DNA of 64,000 nucleotides from Amoeboaphelidium protococcarum X5 (GCA_023515725.1 JALDTO010000192.1:620001-684000), one strand, 5' to 3'. Numbered from the stretch's first letter, positions 15,277 to 28,226 are shown. Notes: a model not told the origin generated them from the sequence alone. Numbers and translations: made by a program.

Positions 15277-16179
15277 TCAACTTGCTCTTCTTTGACTCTC
15301 TGGCCTGATGCAATATAGGGCTGGAGACCTGTATCCGCTCTGAGGGAAAACGAAACCGTTCTGGGAGAACTGCAGCGCCTTTCTCAGGTTCTATGCATTG
15401 TCAAAGTACAACTCTATCTTCATTGCATTTTCAGTGATTTGCCAGTACTTATAATGCTTGATTTTGACTTAGTTAGCTTTAAAAAAGTGCTCAATGCGCT
15501 GAGAGTGGAGGACTCTTGATGCTTTGTGAATGATAGAACCACCCAGACGAGAGCTATAAGGCAGATAGTAATCGTCATGAATGAATATTTTACCATTTTA
15601 GTCTGCGACTCTGACGTTCAAGTTTTTGCCATTCAGTCCTCTGATTTCTTTAGTCACCATCACTGTAATGCGCCTAACAGTGAAGTCGTTTGACTCGCCC
15701 ATTACACTATGCGTGACTTCCGAAGTGCGGAACTTCCACATGTTATGGCTGGCTGCTAACTCCCGATGCAGTTATGAGGCTTTAGTTTATACCACTTCAT
15801 TGGTGAGATCATCGGGGGCCCAGATCCAGTAACGGTGGTTTAGGTGTACGCGATTATATGGAGGACTCTGAGAACTTTGGTGTTCAACTGCCATTTCAGT
15901 ACCATCTTCATAGTTTTTGGCAGGCACATCCGTTCTTGGTTAGTGAGGAGTTTGGTACTACTCTAGTTCATGCGCTTTCTCTTCTGGCTCATCTGCAGCG
16001 CGTTGAAACAGGCCAGCTGGATCTCCTGCTTAATCTTGAGCCTTCATTTAGTGGATCATGATTTCTTTTTAAGGGTCTTGTTCTTTGAATATCTCTTCGA
16101 GCTCCTTCGGATCATCAGGTGGAAAATCTAGATCCATTTCAATCACGTCTTCTTGGTCAATTATGTTCTAGTCTGGCAT
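15277..16179 (-). CDS. LINE ORF1 (~300 aa; acidic N-terminus, possible RRM-like C-terminal half)
   Basis: Uninterrupted frame under TAR=Gln from ATG 16179 to TGA 15277. The frame stays open up to the TSD, so the copy may be 5'-truncated. Confidence 0.7.
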
Positions 16180-16201
16180 GTCGTTGATTGTATGATCGTT
16201 T

Positions 16202-16217
16202 TTTACAATAATCAATT
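16202..16217. repeat. Target-site duplication, right copy
   Basis: Matches 9853-9868 exactly. Confidence 0.9.
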
Positions 16218-16753
16218 AGCAATTAAACCTTGTAAACTGAGCTATAGTACGATATTAATTAAGCATAGGAGAGGGTGCCATTCTCTGTTTTAATAAAATT
16301 CTTTACCAGATCAAATGCAACTTTCTTCAATTTCTATCTAGCAGCTTACTCTATATCTGGCTGGTTATACTACAGTATTTTCCCACTCACTACACTGTTC
16401 TAAATTTAATTTTACAGCCTATACCTTTATCGACGCTCTGGTGAGCAAACATTTTCATCAGTGAATTACTTTGAATCTCTATCAGAATCTTCCGATGTTT
16501 ATGTCATTTACACTTAATCACCACTTTGATAAAGTGCAATTAAATCCTGCAGATAACTCAACGTCACTGCGAAAAAACTCAAATGGTAAAACAAGGCCGA
16601 CCTTAGGTAAAATATCAAACAGGAAACTAAAGGGTACAACACAACTCAAAAGACATTTATACTTTATATTTATAATCATGAATTTTCATTTTAAACACAC
16701 ACACACCACATTAATCTTCCAACAGTACAAAATTGCAAATTTCAACACAATGA

Positions 16754-19735
16754 TCATTCTTGCTACATCCATGCCTGGGATCCCACAATCTTTTCCAACT
16801 TGGTGACCACATGTCTACCATAAGTAAACTTCTTGATCATTACCACATTTGGTCTCACTACAGCCAGTATTTTCTCAAGTTATGGCTTTGAACACACTTC
16901 AAGCAGTCTCTGCACCACATAGTTGGCAAATTGATCGCGCATCATCTGCATCAGAGGCATGTTCTCCACATTTTACTACGATGAAGGTGATTACTACGAA
17001 GCACTGCCCATTTTACCAGCAGGAATTGCCAGTAATTCATCAATCAGCTCAGTGCGCTAAGTCTCACTTGCATAAATGACACACTTCTCGATCACATTAC
17101 TGGCAAACTTGTGGCGGGATAGATGCAGCAATTAGCCTCTGACCTGTCGCAGAATATTAGCACGATCTTCTGGATTGCCACGCTCCAAAATGTGCTAAAT
17201 CACATAGTTTCCATACTAATCCTGCACCAGTGTCTGCGTGAATGTACTCAACTCTGTCACCAGCGGACGAGTCAAAGCTTCATCACAGTGCTCAAAAATT
17301 CTCTGCATCACACGACAACCATAAGCATGAGTGGCCAGTGAAAATACTTGTCCACCAAAGCTACCAATAATCACTTTGATATCACTAGGCGAGGCAATCT
17401 CAATAGCCTTCTGCACAACATGATTTCCATTCTGATCCTTCACCAGGGCAGTGATTGAAGGCTCAAGCTCATGTATGATCTGGCATTACTCTTCAGGTCT
17501 GCCAAACTCCAGAGACTTTTACACAACACGACAGCCATACGTTTAAACAGATAGCTGCATAAATTTACCAGCCATATTCTGAATCAGACGAGAACGCTAC
17601 TCAGGCGAACCGTATTCAAAAAACTTTTACACCACATAGTTGCCGAATACGTCCGTGGTAAGATCAAAAGAGTGCGAGCATAGCTCTTCAAACAGGGCAG
17701 CACGTACCTTTGGCTCAGCATACTCCAACTTCTGTTGAATAAAGCGACTACCATGCTAATCAGAACTGAATTCAACCACATGCCCAAGAATATCTCCCAG
17801 CTCGTACTTTCTCGTTTTCATATTAGCTCTGAACTCATCCAATGCCTATGAACGATTCTGCTAAACAGGTGCAGACTAACGCGTATGAGAGCGAGTAAAT
17901 CGTTCATTGTTACCACCGTGATGCTAAAAGCCGTTGTGCGCACCGTGATTGCCATTGTTATGGTAATTGTGATGATGTTACTGCTGCTGATAGCCATGAT
18001 GACCATGTGACATTGAATCTGAATAATAAGCATGTTATGCAGATTGTGGACGACTTTGGTGATAGTCAAAACTATCGTGTGGATACTACATTAACATTGA
18101 CGGATTGGCAGATGTGTAAGAATTACGATTCACTTGAGCCGGATAATTCAAAGCACCAGACGCAGAATGATCAAATTCTGGAAAGCCAGAGTTTAGGCCA
18201 CCAAATTACATACTATGATTATAAGGTTTCTCATGCTGGTAGGAATGAGTACTAACCATAGACGGTGAATTAAATGCAGCAACTCTTGCAGACGGGGACG
18301 ATTTGTTGTAACCTGAACCGCCATTCTGCTCAGTAAGAGATGATTACGGCGGCTGTCCAAAGTCATCTTCATCCGAGAGGCCAAAATTACGAATAGAAGC
18401 TATCATATCCTTATCCAAATGCGTATCATCAGATTCCTCAATATCATCAATGACAATAGACTGACTCAAGTGCGAGTGGCTTATCAGAGGGCTCTGATTC
18501 GTTGGATGATGGTGAGAGTGCACAGACAAAGAAGAGCCAGAGCGCTAAACTCCCCTGTTCACTGCACCATTATTACCATTAAACGCGTTCATGGCAGCAG
18601 TTGGAGGGGTAGAAGATGATCTTGGCAACGCAACCAGGCTCTGAAATTACTAAATCGAAAGTCCCGGAGGAGGCGGAGTCTTGGAAGCCAATCTCAAACG
18701 CTGCAAATCAGCACCAACATCCACATGACCACTAGGGAGGCGGCCAGCTTTTTGCGACTATTGCTACTAACTGTACATCATACCTGGTGACGGTGTTCTG
18801 TTAATATTAGAACCGACAGCTGAGCGGTACTAAGACTCTCCCTGACTGCTGAGATGCTACTAAGACTACTATTACTACTACTAATGAAGACTGTAGATAG
18901 GTGCAGACTCAGGAGCATTATGAACCTACATACGACTGACCGGCTACTAACGTGGAGACCCAACAGATTTCTGCTTCATCATCAAATTAGGAGACTAATG
19001 ATGATGGTGATTATGATTATGGTTCAGCCTGGAATCAGAGCTGGTCCAAGCAGAACTGGCTCCGTTAGTGCCACTACCACCGCCAATAGCTGCACTTGCA
19101 CTATTAGGTGATCCCCAAATCTACCAAGCCTGTCCACTCTGGTACCCGGGGGTAGGCAGCTATTGATAAGAAGAGGATCCTCTCTCACTACTCGACATGA
19201 AGCTCTCAATCTCCTATACAACCTCCGGCTCTTGATCATTGATATCTGCAAACTGATCACGATGCTGCTACTACTACTGAATTCCACCACCAACATTGTT
19301 CATGATACCAAACAAACCGCCATCACTAGCAGTGTCCAAAGTATCATCCTAGAGCAAGAGGCTAGCCGTAGTGGCATTCATACCCAAACGACTTCTGGAT
19401 GGTAACAGCGGAGACTGAGAATTCTTACCAGCACCAAGACCACCACCAACACCACCATTCATAAAAGGCTGAATAGGAGGCGCACTACTACTTCTGCTAA
19501 TATCCTTAATCAGATCACTAAAACCGCCATCATCATGCAATCCAAATGGGAAACGAGATTAAGACAGCTACTGTTTTCTCTGCGCCGGTACAGCGGAAAT
19601 ACCATCAGCATGAGGTGACGCCCCAACAGGAGCAGGTCTCACCGGATCTGCCTATTTCTCAAGGCCAGCATTATTATCACTACTATTTTTGCTTTTATTA
19701 TTCTTGTTATTACTATTGTTATTCATCATTTTCAT
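16754..19735 (-). CDS. Pumilio-family (PUF) RNA-binding protein, ~993 aa
   Basis: Low-complexity N-terminus plus eight PUF repeats (DQHGSRFIQ, GNYVVQ, GCRVVQ, GNHVVQ, GCRVMQ, GNYVIQ, ASNVIE, ANYVVQ) and [10 protein letters not shown]. Confidence 0.93.
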
Positions 19736-19920
19736 TCACCAGACAAAGAGATAGATATACTATTAATATTACAATTTTACACACAGGGGTATTTGACTAT
19801 TATGCACACTATGTACAAATTAATTATCCTATTGCCGTATATAATGGAATAGATCAGACTCTGGGAAGTGCCAATTATTACAAAGGAATCAGATATACAG
19901 CGCAACTATTATAAGAGAAA

Positions 19921-19935
19921 GTGTGTGTGTGTGTG
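19921..19935. repeat. (GT)n microsatellite
   Basis: gtgtgtgtgtgtgtg. Confidence 0.7.
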
Positions 19936-20454
19936 ATACTTTGTATTACTAACCTATAAACTATCACAACAATTGAAGGATGAGATAATGACGAGTTAAT
20001 TAACAATTAGGATTGAGAAGAGGAATTTTCACAAATCTTTTTTTTACCAATTTTCTCGTCGATAAAAGCCCAGCTCTGCGACTCCTTTAAAATGAAATTT
20101 TTCTCGCACCAAGTTTTGTGTTACTTAATCGCCTGCTCCTGATTCGAACAAAGCTTCTAAATTAGTTTAATCTCTAGTCGCTGATTGATCATTGCTGTGT
20201 ACAAATGTTCCAAGGCCAAGGATTCAATATATAAATTTCTTGAGTCTGATACATTAAATCTTAAGACCAAATACGCGATTTTCTGTATTTAAGGCGTCTG
20301 TGTTAATTATCGAACGTTTTTTACAATGCGGTCACCTTGATGATGTGCTTGGTCTAATGTCTTTCTTCTTATCATCCTCTTTTCTTCTTTGATTCGTCTA
20401 ATTGGTATTGTTAATCTAATTTAATTTCTAAAAATTTAACATTCTAAATTTAAA

Positions 20455-20934
20455 ATGTCAAATCAATAGTAATAAGGACTGTCATCTCGCGGATCTGCTA
20501 CCGTGGTAGTGGAAGATAATTCTAATTCAACAGAGGAAGATCCTTAAGAGCGAATCGTCCGCAACTAGTAGCCTATCATTGTAGTTGGTGACTAATCTCC
20601 TTCTTAACAATCTGAACAATCATCTTAACAGTAGTAATAGTAATAGTAATAAGAATAAGAATAGTAATCTGAGAATAGAGTGCGATGGGCGGATGATGTT
20701 GTGGATAATGAGAATTTGAACAGAAAGTCGAGCAAGATTTGCTGCATCTACGTGAAGGATGATGATGATGAAGATGCGGAAGAGTCTGACAATGATTAAA
20801 GTAATAATGATCCTCACCAAGGTGGCTCATCATAATCGAATGCTGATGGTAAAAAGAATGCATATGAAAGGTAGCCCAAGTATAAAAGCCACAAGCATCA
20901 TAAACATGATCACAATTGTCACCAATAAAATTGA
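20455..20934 (+). CDS. YPI1: PP1 inhibitor-3 / Ypi1 (PPP1R11)
   Basis: [25 protein letters not shown] and KNAYER(Q)PKY motifs; TGA 20932-20934. Missed by the ORF track because of many TAR codons. Confidence 0.9.
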
Positions 20935-21031
20935 AGTTTCAACACTTGATAATTATACTCTGCGAATATACGTATAATTTTCAAAATATACTCATCTTCA
21001 CAATACTCATAAAGTAACAATTACCAAGAGA

Positions 21032-22003
21032 TCATCTGGAATGACGTTCACGCAAGATTTTAAGCAAAGCCAGTACCAAATCTCCTCCGCGTTATTGCAA
21101 CTGCTGCAAGGTGACCCCCACAGATTGCAATAAATCATCAGCTTATCCATTCTGCAGCTTTTCACGCAACTGCTGAACTTACTCCACAAAGCGCGGGTCT
21201 CTAATCAGACTCTATACCTGCGCATTGGTTAGTTGGTCAGAATTACCACCTGGATGATGCGAAAACAATTAATCTCTAAGTAGATTATTACTCAGCGCAG
21301 GTGTGACCACCTCTGGAGTAAACTGACTCAGAATGGGATTCTGCGAGTCTCCACCCATATCAACATCATCTTGATTCTACTCAACTGCAGCAGATCCACT
21401 CACGTCAGTATCAGTGTCCATAGCCAATCCTTGCTGTCTCAGCAAATCCATCAACTGTCTCTGCTCTGCATTATCCATGCCCTGCAGTAATCCGGCTACA
21501 CCGTCTTGTCCGACAGGCATGTCTAATGATACAGCTCCTGCTGGTCCATCCTTCAAAATCTTGTTCACTTTGGTGATCAGCTCCTTCTCCTTCTCCTTGC
21601 CAGCTTCATTATCTTCCAGTACAAAAGACTCCTAGATCCAGAAGAACAATCTCTGAGACGAGGTGTTAAACTTGAGGACATACACTCCGCGACCGCCGTT
21701 AGCCTGTGGGATCAGTTTGAACTCTGCATCTCCCGGGAACATGATGAGATCATCTTCTACCGCAGCACCGATGGCACCATTCTCACGGCTCTTCCAGCAC
21801 AGATGAACCAGCTAATCATCTTCATTCTTGGTGAGGTAGAATGATCCTTTGCGAGGATCAGCCGTGACTTGAGTTCCAACTCTGTTCAATTTACCACACT
21901 TGAACTCGACCAGATGGCGAGCACTAGCACCAACTCCTCTCTAGTTATTACCTCTACCAGCTCCGGCAAACAAGTCAACCACTTGCTAAGTTTACTAAGC
22001 CAT
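21032..22003 (-). CDS. RPN13: Proteasomal ubiquitin receptor Rpn13/ADRM1
   Basis: Pru domain: [50 protein letters not shown](Q)E; C-terminal helical domain. Confidence 0.9.
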
Positions 22004-22327
22004 TTTGTCTCAAATTAAAGTGATTCTACGAAATATAGACTATCTTGACGTTATAAAAGGAGAAAAAGGAACAAGCTGTTTTAACTATAGACGTTTTCGT
22101 TAACTGAACGGAGGAGAAAACTGAAAACTGAGAGCGGCAAAAGAAGACGATTCACTCTCGGCGCTGGGGAAAAGGCCGTATATTTAGAAGTGCCAAACGT
22201 TCCTTCAAACGCGGAGCTTTTGATACTTCTTTTCTTGAAACAAAATTGAAATATAGTTTGCATCCTTGTAGGTGTGTGTATACAGTTACGGATTCGACAG
22301 AAAAATAACTTAATTGTTGTAAATATA

Positions 22328-23343
22328 ATGGGAGGTAGTGTTTGATATTTTATTAATAAAGACTTATAATTAAAATTAAACTGTTTAAATGTATTGTAGC
22401 TGATTTGGATGCGTGGCTGGTTGAGGTGAAAGAGTGTAAGGCTTTGTAGGAAAAATAGATGCGGACATTGTGTGAGATTGTTCAGTCCTACCTGATGGAA
22501 GAGTCCAATGTTCAGCCAGTCTCGAGTCCTGTGACTATTTGCGGTGATATTCATGGTCAGTTCTATGATCTCTTGGAGCTATTTAATGTTGGCGGCGAGT
22601 GTCCAGATACCAAGTACATTTTCATGGGCGACTTTGTGGACCGCGGCTACTTCTCTCTGGAGACTTGGACTCTGCTCCTTGTGCTTAAGGCCAGGTACCC
22701 GGATAGGATAACTCTATTACGAGGGAATCATGAGAGTAGACAGATTACGCAGGTGTACGGATTCTATGATGAATGCATGTAAAAGTATGGTAATGCTAAT
22801 GTTTGGCGATACTCGTGTCAAGTTTTTGATTACCTCGGCTTGGCTGCCATCATTGACGGCCGGGTGTTGTGTGTGCATGGTGGACTGAGCCCGGATGTTT
22901 CCACCATTGATGGTATTAGATCGCTTGATCGGGTAAAGGAGATTCCTCATGCCGGTGCTTTCTGCGATCTGATGTGGAGTGATCCTGAAGATATTGAAGG
23001 CTGGGCAGTGTCACCTAGAGGTGCTGGTTGGTTATTTGGCAGTCGGGTGACATCAGAGTTTAATCATTTGAATGGCCTCACTATGATTGCTCGTGCCCAT
23101 TAGCTCGTCCAAGAAGGATACAAGTTTATGTTTCCCAATGAGAATTTGGTTACTGTATGGTCTGCACCTAATTACTGTTATAGATGTGGTAATGTGGCCT
23201 CAATATTGTGTATTGATGATGTAGATGTGCCCGCCAGTCCAGTATCGAAAATTGATGATACCTGCTTCAAGATATTTTCCGCTGTGCCTGACCAAGAGCG
23301 TTTTCTCCCTTAGCGCAACAAACCATCTGAATACTTTATGTGA
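22328..23343 (+). CDS. SIT4: Ser/Thr phosphatase PP6 catalytic subunit; intron 22335-22399
   Basis: [32 protein letters not shown] (PP6-type), RAH(TAG=Q)[17 protein letters not shown]; ends EYFM TGA. Confidence 0.93.
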
Positions 23344-23603
23344 TAAGTTTAGAGCATTAGTTGTTCAATGTGCTGTAAATAAATATAATTCTGTTTTGTA
23401 GTTGAATTAAAAGCTATTATAGCAAAAGCCTTGATTAAATTTGAAACATTTATATTGTCATTGTGTTGTCCTCTTCCATTATCATCATCACTATCATCCA
23501 CCAAATCATAATAATAATAAAAATAACGAAACATTCATCATGCACAGCTTTCTCGATTGACTGGACCCACTTATTGATTGTGATACTCCAACTTACTTTA
23601 GAA

Positions 23604-25151
23604 TCAGAATCCACTATTGGCAACAATGTAGTTGCCGCAAATCTTATCATCAATAGCTGTAAGATTCTACTTAATGCCAGCACCCATTCTACCATAACGA
23701 TAACAAGCTTCTTCTCTGAATACGTCATACAATCGCCTGTTGTACTTTCTCTCCACTCTTCTATCACTCTCCGGATAAGGATGTCGCTGATGTATTAGGA
23801 AATCGTCTGGCATTACCCAAAACTCCGCACCAGACAGAAAGATCTCATATAAGCACGCAGCCTTATTCGCACCATACCCAGTAAATCGTTCATCACACCA
23901 AGGCAGGCCCTCCTTCTTCATCAGCACGTACGGCTCATAATTGTAATTGTATTGAGTCACTTGGTACGGCTGATCTGACTATACCCATCGAGCATAATCT
24001 GTGGGTCCGTGTCCTCTTTTCCAACTATCATGGAACATAACCAGATGATGTTTTTAGATGAACGGTATGGCCGCTTGCTTAGTGGACGGATACTAATCCA
24101 CTTCCAACTCAACGGCAGAATTACTAAATTCAAAGGCTGGCACCACTAAAACGGCCGAGGCGTCCATGACTTTAGTCTTCAAGTCTTGTGGTATCTTGAG
24201 GGCAAAATTGGATTCTAACTCGGTGCATATAAAGAAATCAACATCCATAGTCATGATTAGATCGGATCTTGCAAACATTCTAGCTATATTGCGCCAATAG
24301 TTGAATTACCTGTCAAATTTATCGATAACCAGATGGAGATCGACATACTTTGCAAATTCTGCACTCTATTTAGTCATCTCGGCAACTTGATCTAATGCAT
24401 ATTTGACATTCTCATCATCCGGAAGGTGTAATGTCACAGACACCGGGCCATGATACTTGCGAACCAGTTGGTCCAGCACAGTTAATCTACCAATTGTGAT
24501 CAGAGTGGTGATTGTAATGTCATCCATCATCGGAGTGTAAGACATTCTCAAGTAGTACGGTGTAAGACTGGATGGCTTTAGTGCATGCTGGAATAACTTG
24601 CTATGTAGAATAGAATCAGACAACTGATGCAATGGATTACCAGAAACCTGAACAGAACTGTCCGACGAATAGTGCAGAGGTGAAAGTTACCTCAATCTAT
24701 CGATCCATTTCTACGATGTAGGCTAGTTATCAGATTCAACTTCACTATCTGCAGAGTCAATACTGCTACTCTATTAAGAAAGCCTTGATAGTGGGCTCTA
24801 CTTGGCAGAACGCACTCTCAACTGGACATTACTCATACCATTTCTGCTACCACCGCCCCCAACCGATGAAGCACCATCCTATTTCAAAACAAGAGACTTG
24901 GCCATATAGACAATATGAGTACTTGTATACGCCATAGATAGGAGTACATAGATGACAAACACAAACTTGATATACTTGAAATATGAGTAATGCATCGATT
25001 GTGCAGATGATGGCTTCCTAACTTTATCCATCAGTGCAGGGAGACTATTACTACTAATACTGCCTCCAGACTCTTTATGCAATTTATTGTATTTACTATT
25101 ACCACCACTACTACTACTAGTACTACTACTACCGGTGGACGACGACTACAT
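23604..25151 (-). CDS. Glycosyltransferase family 49 (LARGE/B4GAT1-like), type II membrane protein
   Basis: TM segment, DITITTL, GPVSVTLH, FNYWRNIARMFA, MDVDF, VVPAFE, YEPYV, WCDERFTGYGANKAACLYE. Confidence 0.88.
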
Positions 25152-25262
25152 GCAAGACAATGCTGACCACACGAGACGAGTACTAAAAGGGTAAACAATA
25201 GAACTGAGAACTAAGTGAATGAATGAATGTGTGTCTGTCTATTCAAACTGGCAGACTTTATT

Positions 25263-25280
25263 TCTCTCTCTCTCTCTCTC
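25263..25280. repeat. (TC)n microsatellite
   Basis: tctctctctctctctctc. Confidence 0.7.
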
Positions 25281-25825
25281 TTTATCGTTGAAACGGAATG
25301 GACAGCGACGACGACGGCGACGACCAGGGAAGCGACCGTTGCAACAATCAGTCAACAAAACAACGACGAGCGGTGGGAAATAAAGATGAGACGTGACGCG
25401 ACCAAGAAGAAGGCGACTCGTTTCAGATTCACCCACAGATCAAACTCGCTCTCAGACCGACTTCCCTTTTGTAGAAATGACATTGTTTCTGCACGAGTAG
25501 ATCGATCCCGTCCAAGCCACTTTAGGTACAATGACGCGTTCATCTGTTTCAACAATGTCAATTTGTGATGAGATTTAAGTAGATTTTAATTTTGAGGTAT
25601 ATTGTATATGGAGTTATCGTTGAATATGAAGGAGTCTAAGTACTGACGCAATGTGAGAGTTTCTTGAGTTTTACAAAGTGATAATGATTTATGAGATTGC
25701 GTTCCCTTTAGAAAACTTTCAATTTCTAAAGGCGATTCGAAGACTGTTTTAGTGTCTTTGATTCGCTTTCAAGTGCTGAAGATAAGAAAGCTCTGACGTT
25801 TATAATAATTTTACCTGATTTCATT

Positions 25826-27379
25826 ATGACGAGAGGAAATCATTCACTACTTACTGATTTGTTATAAGTCCTGCACCAGTCATCTATAGTCTTGAATGTA
25901 TTGCCATCCATAGTGTCTACGGGTTCTAATAGGCTATAATCTGGATTGCGGCCACCGCGCATAATATATGTAAAGAACAATATCACGACAGATGCTTAGT
26001 CTTCAGGTTCATAATTTTAATAATAATCGGAATAAGATTTACCTGTAATTCAAAATGAAAAGAAATAATTAGTGGCTGCCAAAGTTCCATCATCAAGAGT
26101 GTCGCGATTGGTAAATTATGGCCAGTTGGGTTTATCTATCGGTGTTAATATGCTGCGCGGTCAATCGATAAAGTCATCCGATAATCTAGATACCATAGTT
26201 TCTACACTGTCTCGTATGAGAGGAGCTGCTCTCAAACTTGGCTAGATGTTGAGTCTGCAGGATTCTGAGATATTGCCAGAGGAGTGGCGACGCGTTCTGG
26301 TATAACTATAGAACTAAGCATACTATGTGCCTTTTGAACAGGTGGAGCCAATCTTGATTAAGGAATTGGGAAGTGATTAGAGAAGTGTATTTCAGGATTT
26401 CGAAGAGACACCCAGAGCTGCGGCATCTATTGGTCAGGTGCACTATGCTTCATTTAAGTCTCCCTCTGGTCTCATACCTGTGGCGGTGAAGATTTAGTAC
26501 CCAAATGTTGCCAAATCAATCATCTCGGATCTCTCTACTTTGAAATTGATTCTGCTAGCTTCTAAACTCTTACCGAAAGGTCTATTTCTTGATAAGACAC
26601 TTGAGGCGGCTAGGAAGGAGTTGTTGCTGGAGTGTGATTACAGGCGCGAAGCTTAGATGATGATCATGTTCTCGTAGCATCTGGATAATGATCAGACTCT
26701 TACCAGTGATACTGTGAGAGTTACGGTGCCGAAAGTATTCGCTGACATATCTTCAGATAATGTATTGGTTTCTGAGTGGAAAGATGGCATCACATTCGGT
26801 AATTTATTATCACCATCCTCTGCTAGAATTACTCAGTAGCGATTAAATGCTATAGGATAGAGCATGTTAAAGCTGTGCTTGAACGAGATTTTCACGTATA
26901 ATCTTATGCAGACTGATCCTAATTGGTCAAATTTCCTATATAACTAGCATAAGAATGAAGTTGTTCTGCTTGATTTTGGTTCCAGCAAGAGTTTTGATGA
27001 TAATTTCGTGAGTCTCTATCGACAATTGCTCATCAGCGCAGTGGATATGGACCGGGACAGTGCCATCAAGTTGAGCCAGGACATTGGATATCTCACTGGA
27101 TATGAATCGCAAATGATGATCAATGCGCATCTGAATTCTCTGTTCACGCTTGCAGTGCCATTTAGAAAGAGTGGTGGATAGACTTATGATTTTGGCCGCA
27201 CTGGAGTCACGACTTAGGTGAGATCTGAGATTCCAATAATGCTAGAACATCGTCTCACCCCACCGCCTGAAGAGACTTACACTTTACACAGGAAACTTAG
27301 TGGGATCTTTCTGCTGTGCCAAAGATTAGGCTGTCGGTTCAATGCCGCACAACTTTTTGACGCTACAGTAAGAAAGTGA
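25826..27379 (+). CDS. COQ8: UbiB/ABC1-family atypical kinase Coq8
   Basis: [19 protein letters not shown](TAG=Q)[17 protein letters not shown](TAG=Q)[36 protein letters not shown]. Confidence 0.93.
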
Positions 27380-27464
27380 TGCCGAAAGATGATACATGAT
27401 AAATTGAATTTCTTTTAAAGTAAGAAGACAATGATGAACGCACTACATTTTAAGGCTTAAAAGT

Positions 27465-28226
27465 TCATTTAATGCGAAGTCTATCTTCAGTCTGTTTACG
27501 CAAAGCTTCCACGGCATCACGCTCTTCATCTTTACTCGCATTATAGCTAAGAACAGTCTTATTAAACGGATTCTCGGGTGACTTTTACCATTCTTACCAC
27601 ATCAATTCCTTCACTTGGGTCAGTCTGAGCGATGGATTCTCCTTCCTCAATCGAGCCAGATTGGCATCTTCAAATGCTTTATATGCAGCTTTAGCGCGTC
27701 GCTCTGGATGCTTCTCGATCTCTGTAACACCACTGCCAGTCTTGAATTATTACTTTTTACTACCAGAGGTGGCGCCTCCAGAAGTGGTAGTAGCCGCTAC
27801 ATCCAACAGATCAAGAGCATCATCAATGTTAGTGGCGGCAAATTCCTCAACATTGAGCGCCTATTATTCCACCTGCTTCTATTCAACCTTTTACTATTTC
27901 TTTGCTGCAGCCTTCGCACTTCCACGCGTCACTACCCCAGCCTTTTTATTACCAGAACTACCAGCAACTGCAGCAGCGGCAGCCTTCAGCTAAGACTCTT
28001 CCTCTTCTAGCAATTTTTTAGCTTCAGCTTTACGCGCTTATAACTCTGCTTTCTTCTGTGCCTCGGCAGCAGCTTTATTAGAACGCTTAGTATCAGCACC
28101 AGATTCCCATTTGGATGCCACTTCTTACTCACGAAGTTGTGCCTTCTGAGCATCTTTCTACTGCTAATTAGCTTCCTTCTTGGCTTTCGCTACCTCTGCT
28201 TTACTATTTCCCTTCTTTGGTGGCAT
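27465..28226 (-). CDS. CCDC124: CCDC124/Oxs1/Lso2-family coiled-coil protein
   Basis: MPPKKGNSKA..., IEKHPERRAKAAYKAFE, LRKENPSLRLTQ, W(Q)KSPENPFN. Confidence 0.88.

Larger units (their letters stand above)
9867..16201 (-). mobile_element. Non-LTR retrotransposon (L1/Tx1-like: ORF1 + APE-RT-CCHC ORF2), frameshifted copy
   Basis: APE motifs (HQNV, LTETW, GGDWN, DIWR, SRIDYFL, HKAI), RT motifs (KAAGP, FRPISL, D..KAFDSV, GVAQGDALSP, FADD, RYLG), CPRC..EETHEHILKC knuckle, 3' poly-A and 16-bp TSD. Confidence 0.93.
9673..16507 (-). pseudogene. Orphan ORF split by the LINE (5' part 16202-16507, 3' part 9673-9852)
   Basis: Removing the element and one TSD copy joins ...YKV(Q)LLIDYCK to RQSNLVKQLKNVPFNEAR... 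in frame: 102 + 60 codons from ATG 16507 to TGA 9673. Confidence 0.6.

Noticed and set aside
22081-22554. 157-aa minus-strand ORF
   Set aside because: Spans the divergent RPN13/PP6 promoter, the PP6 intron and antisense PP6 coding sequence; no protein-like motifs.
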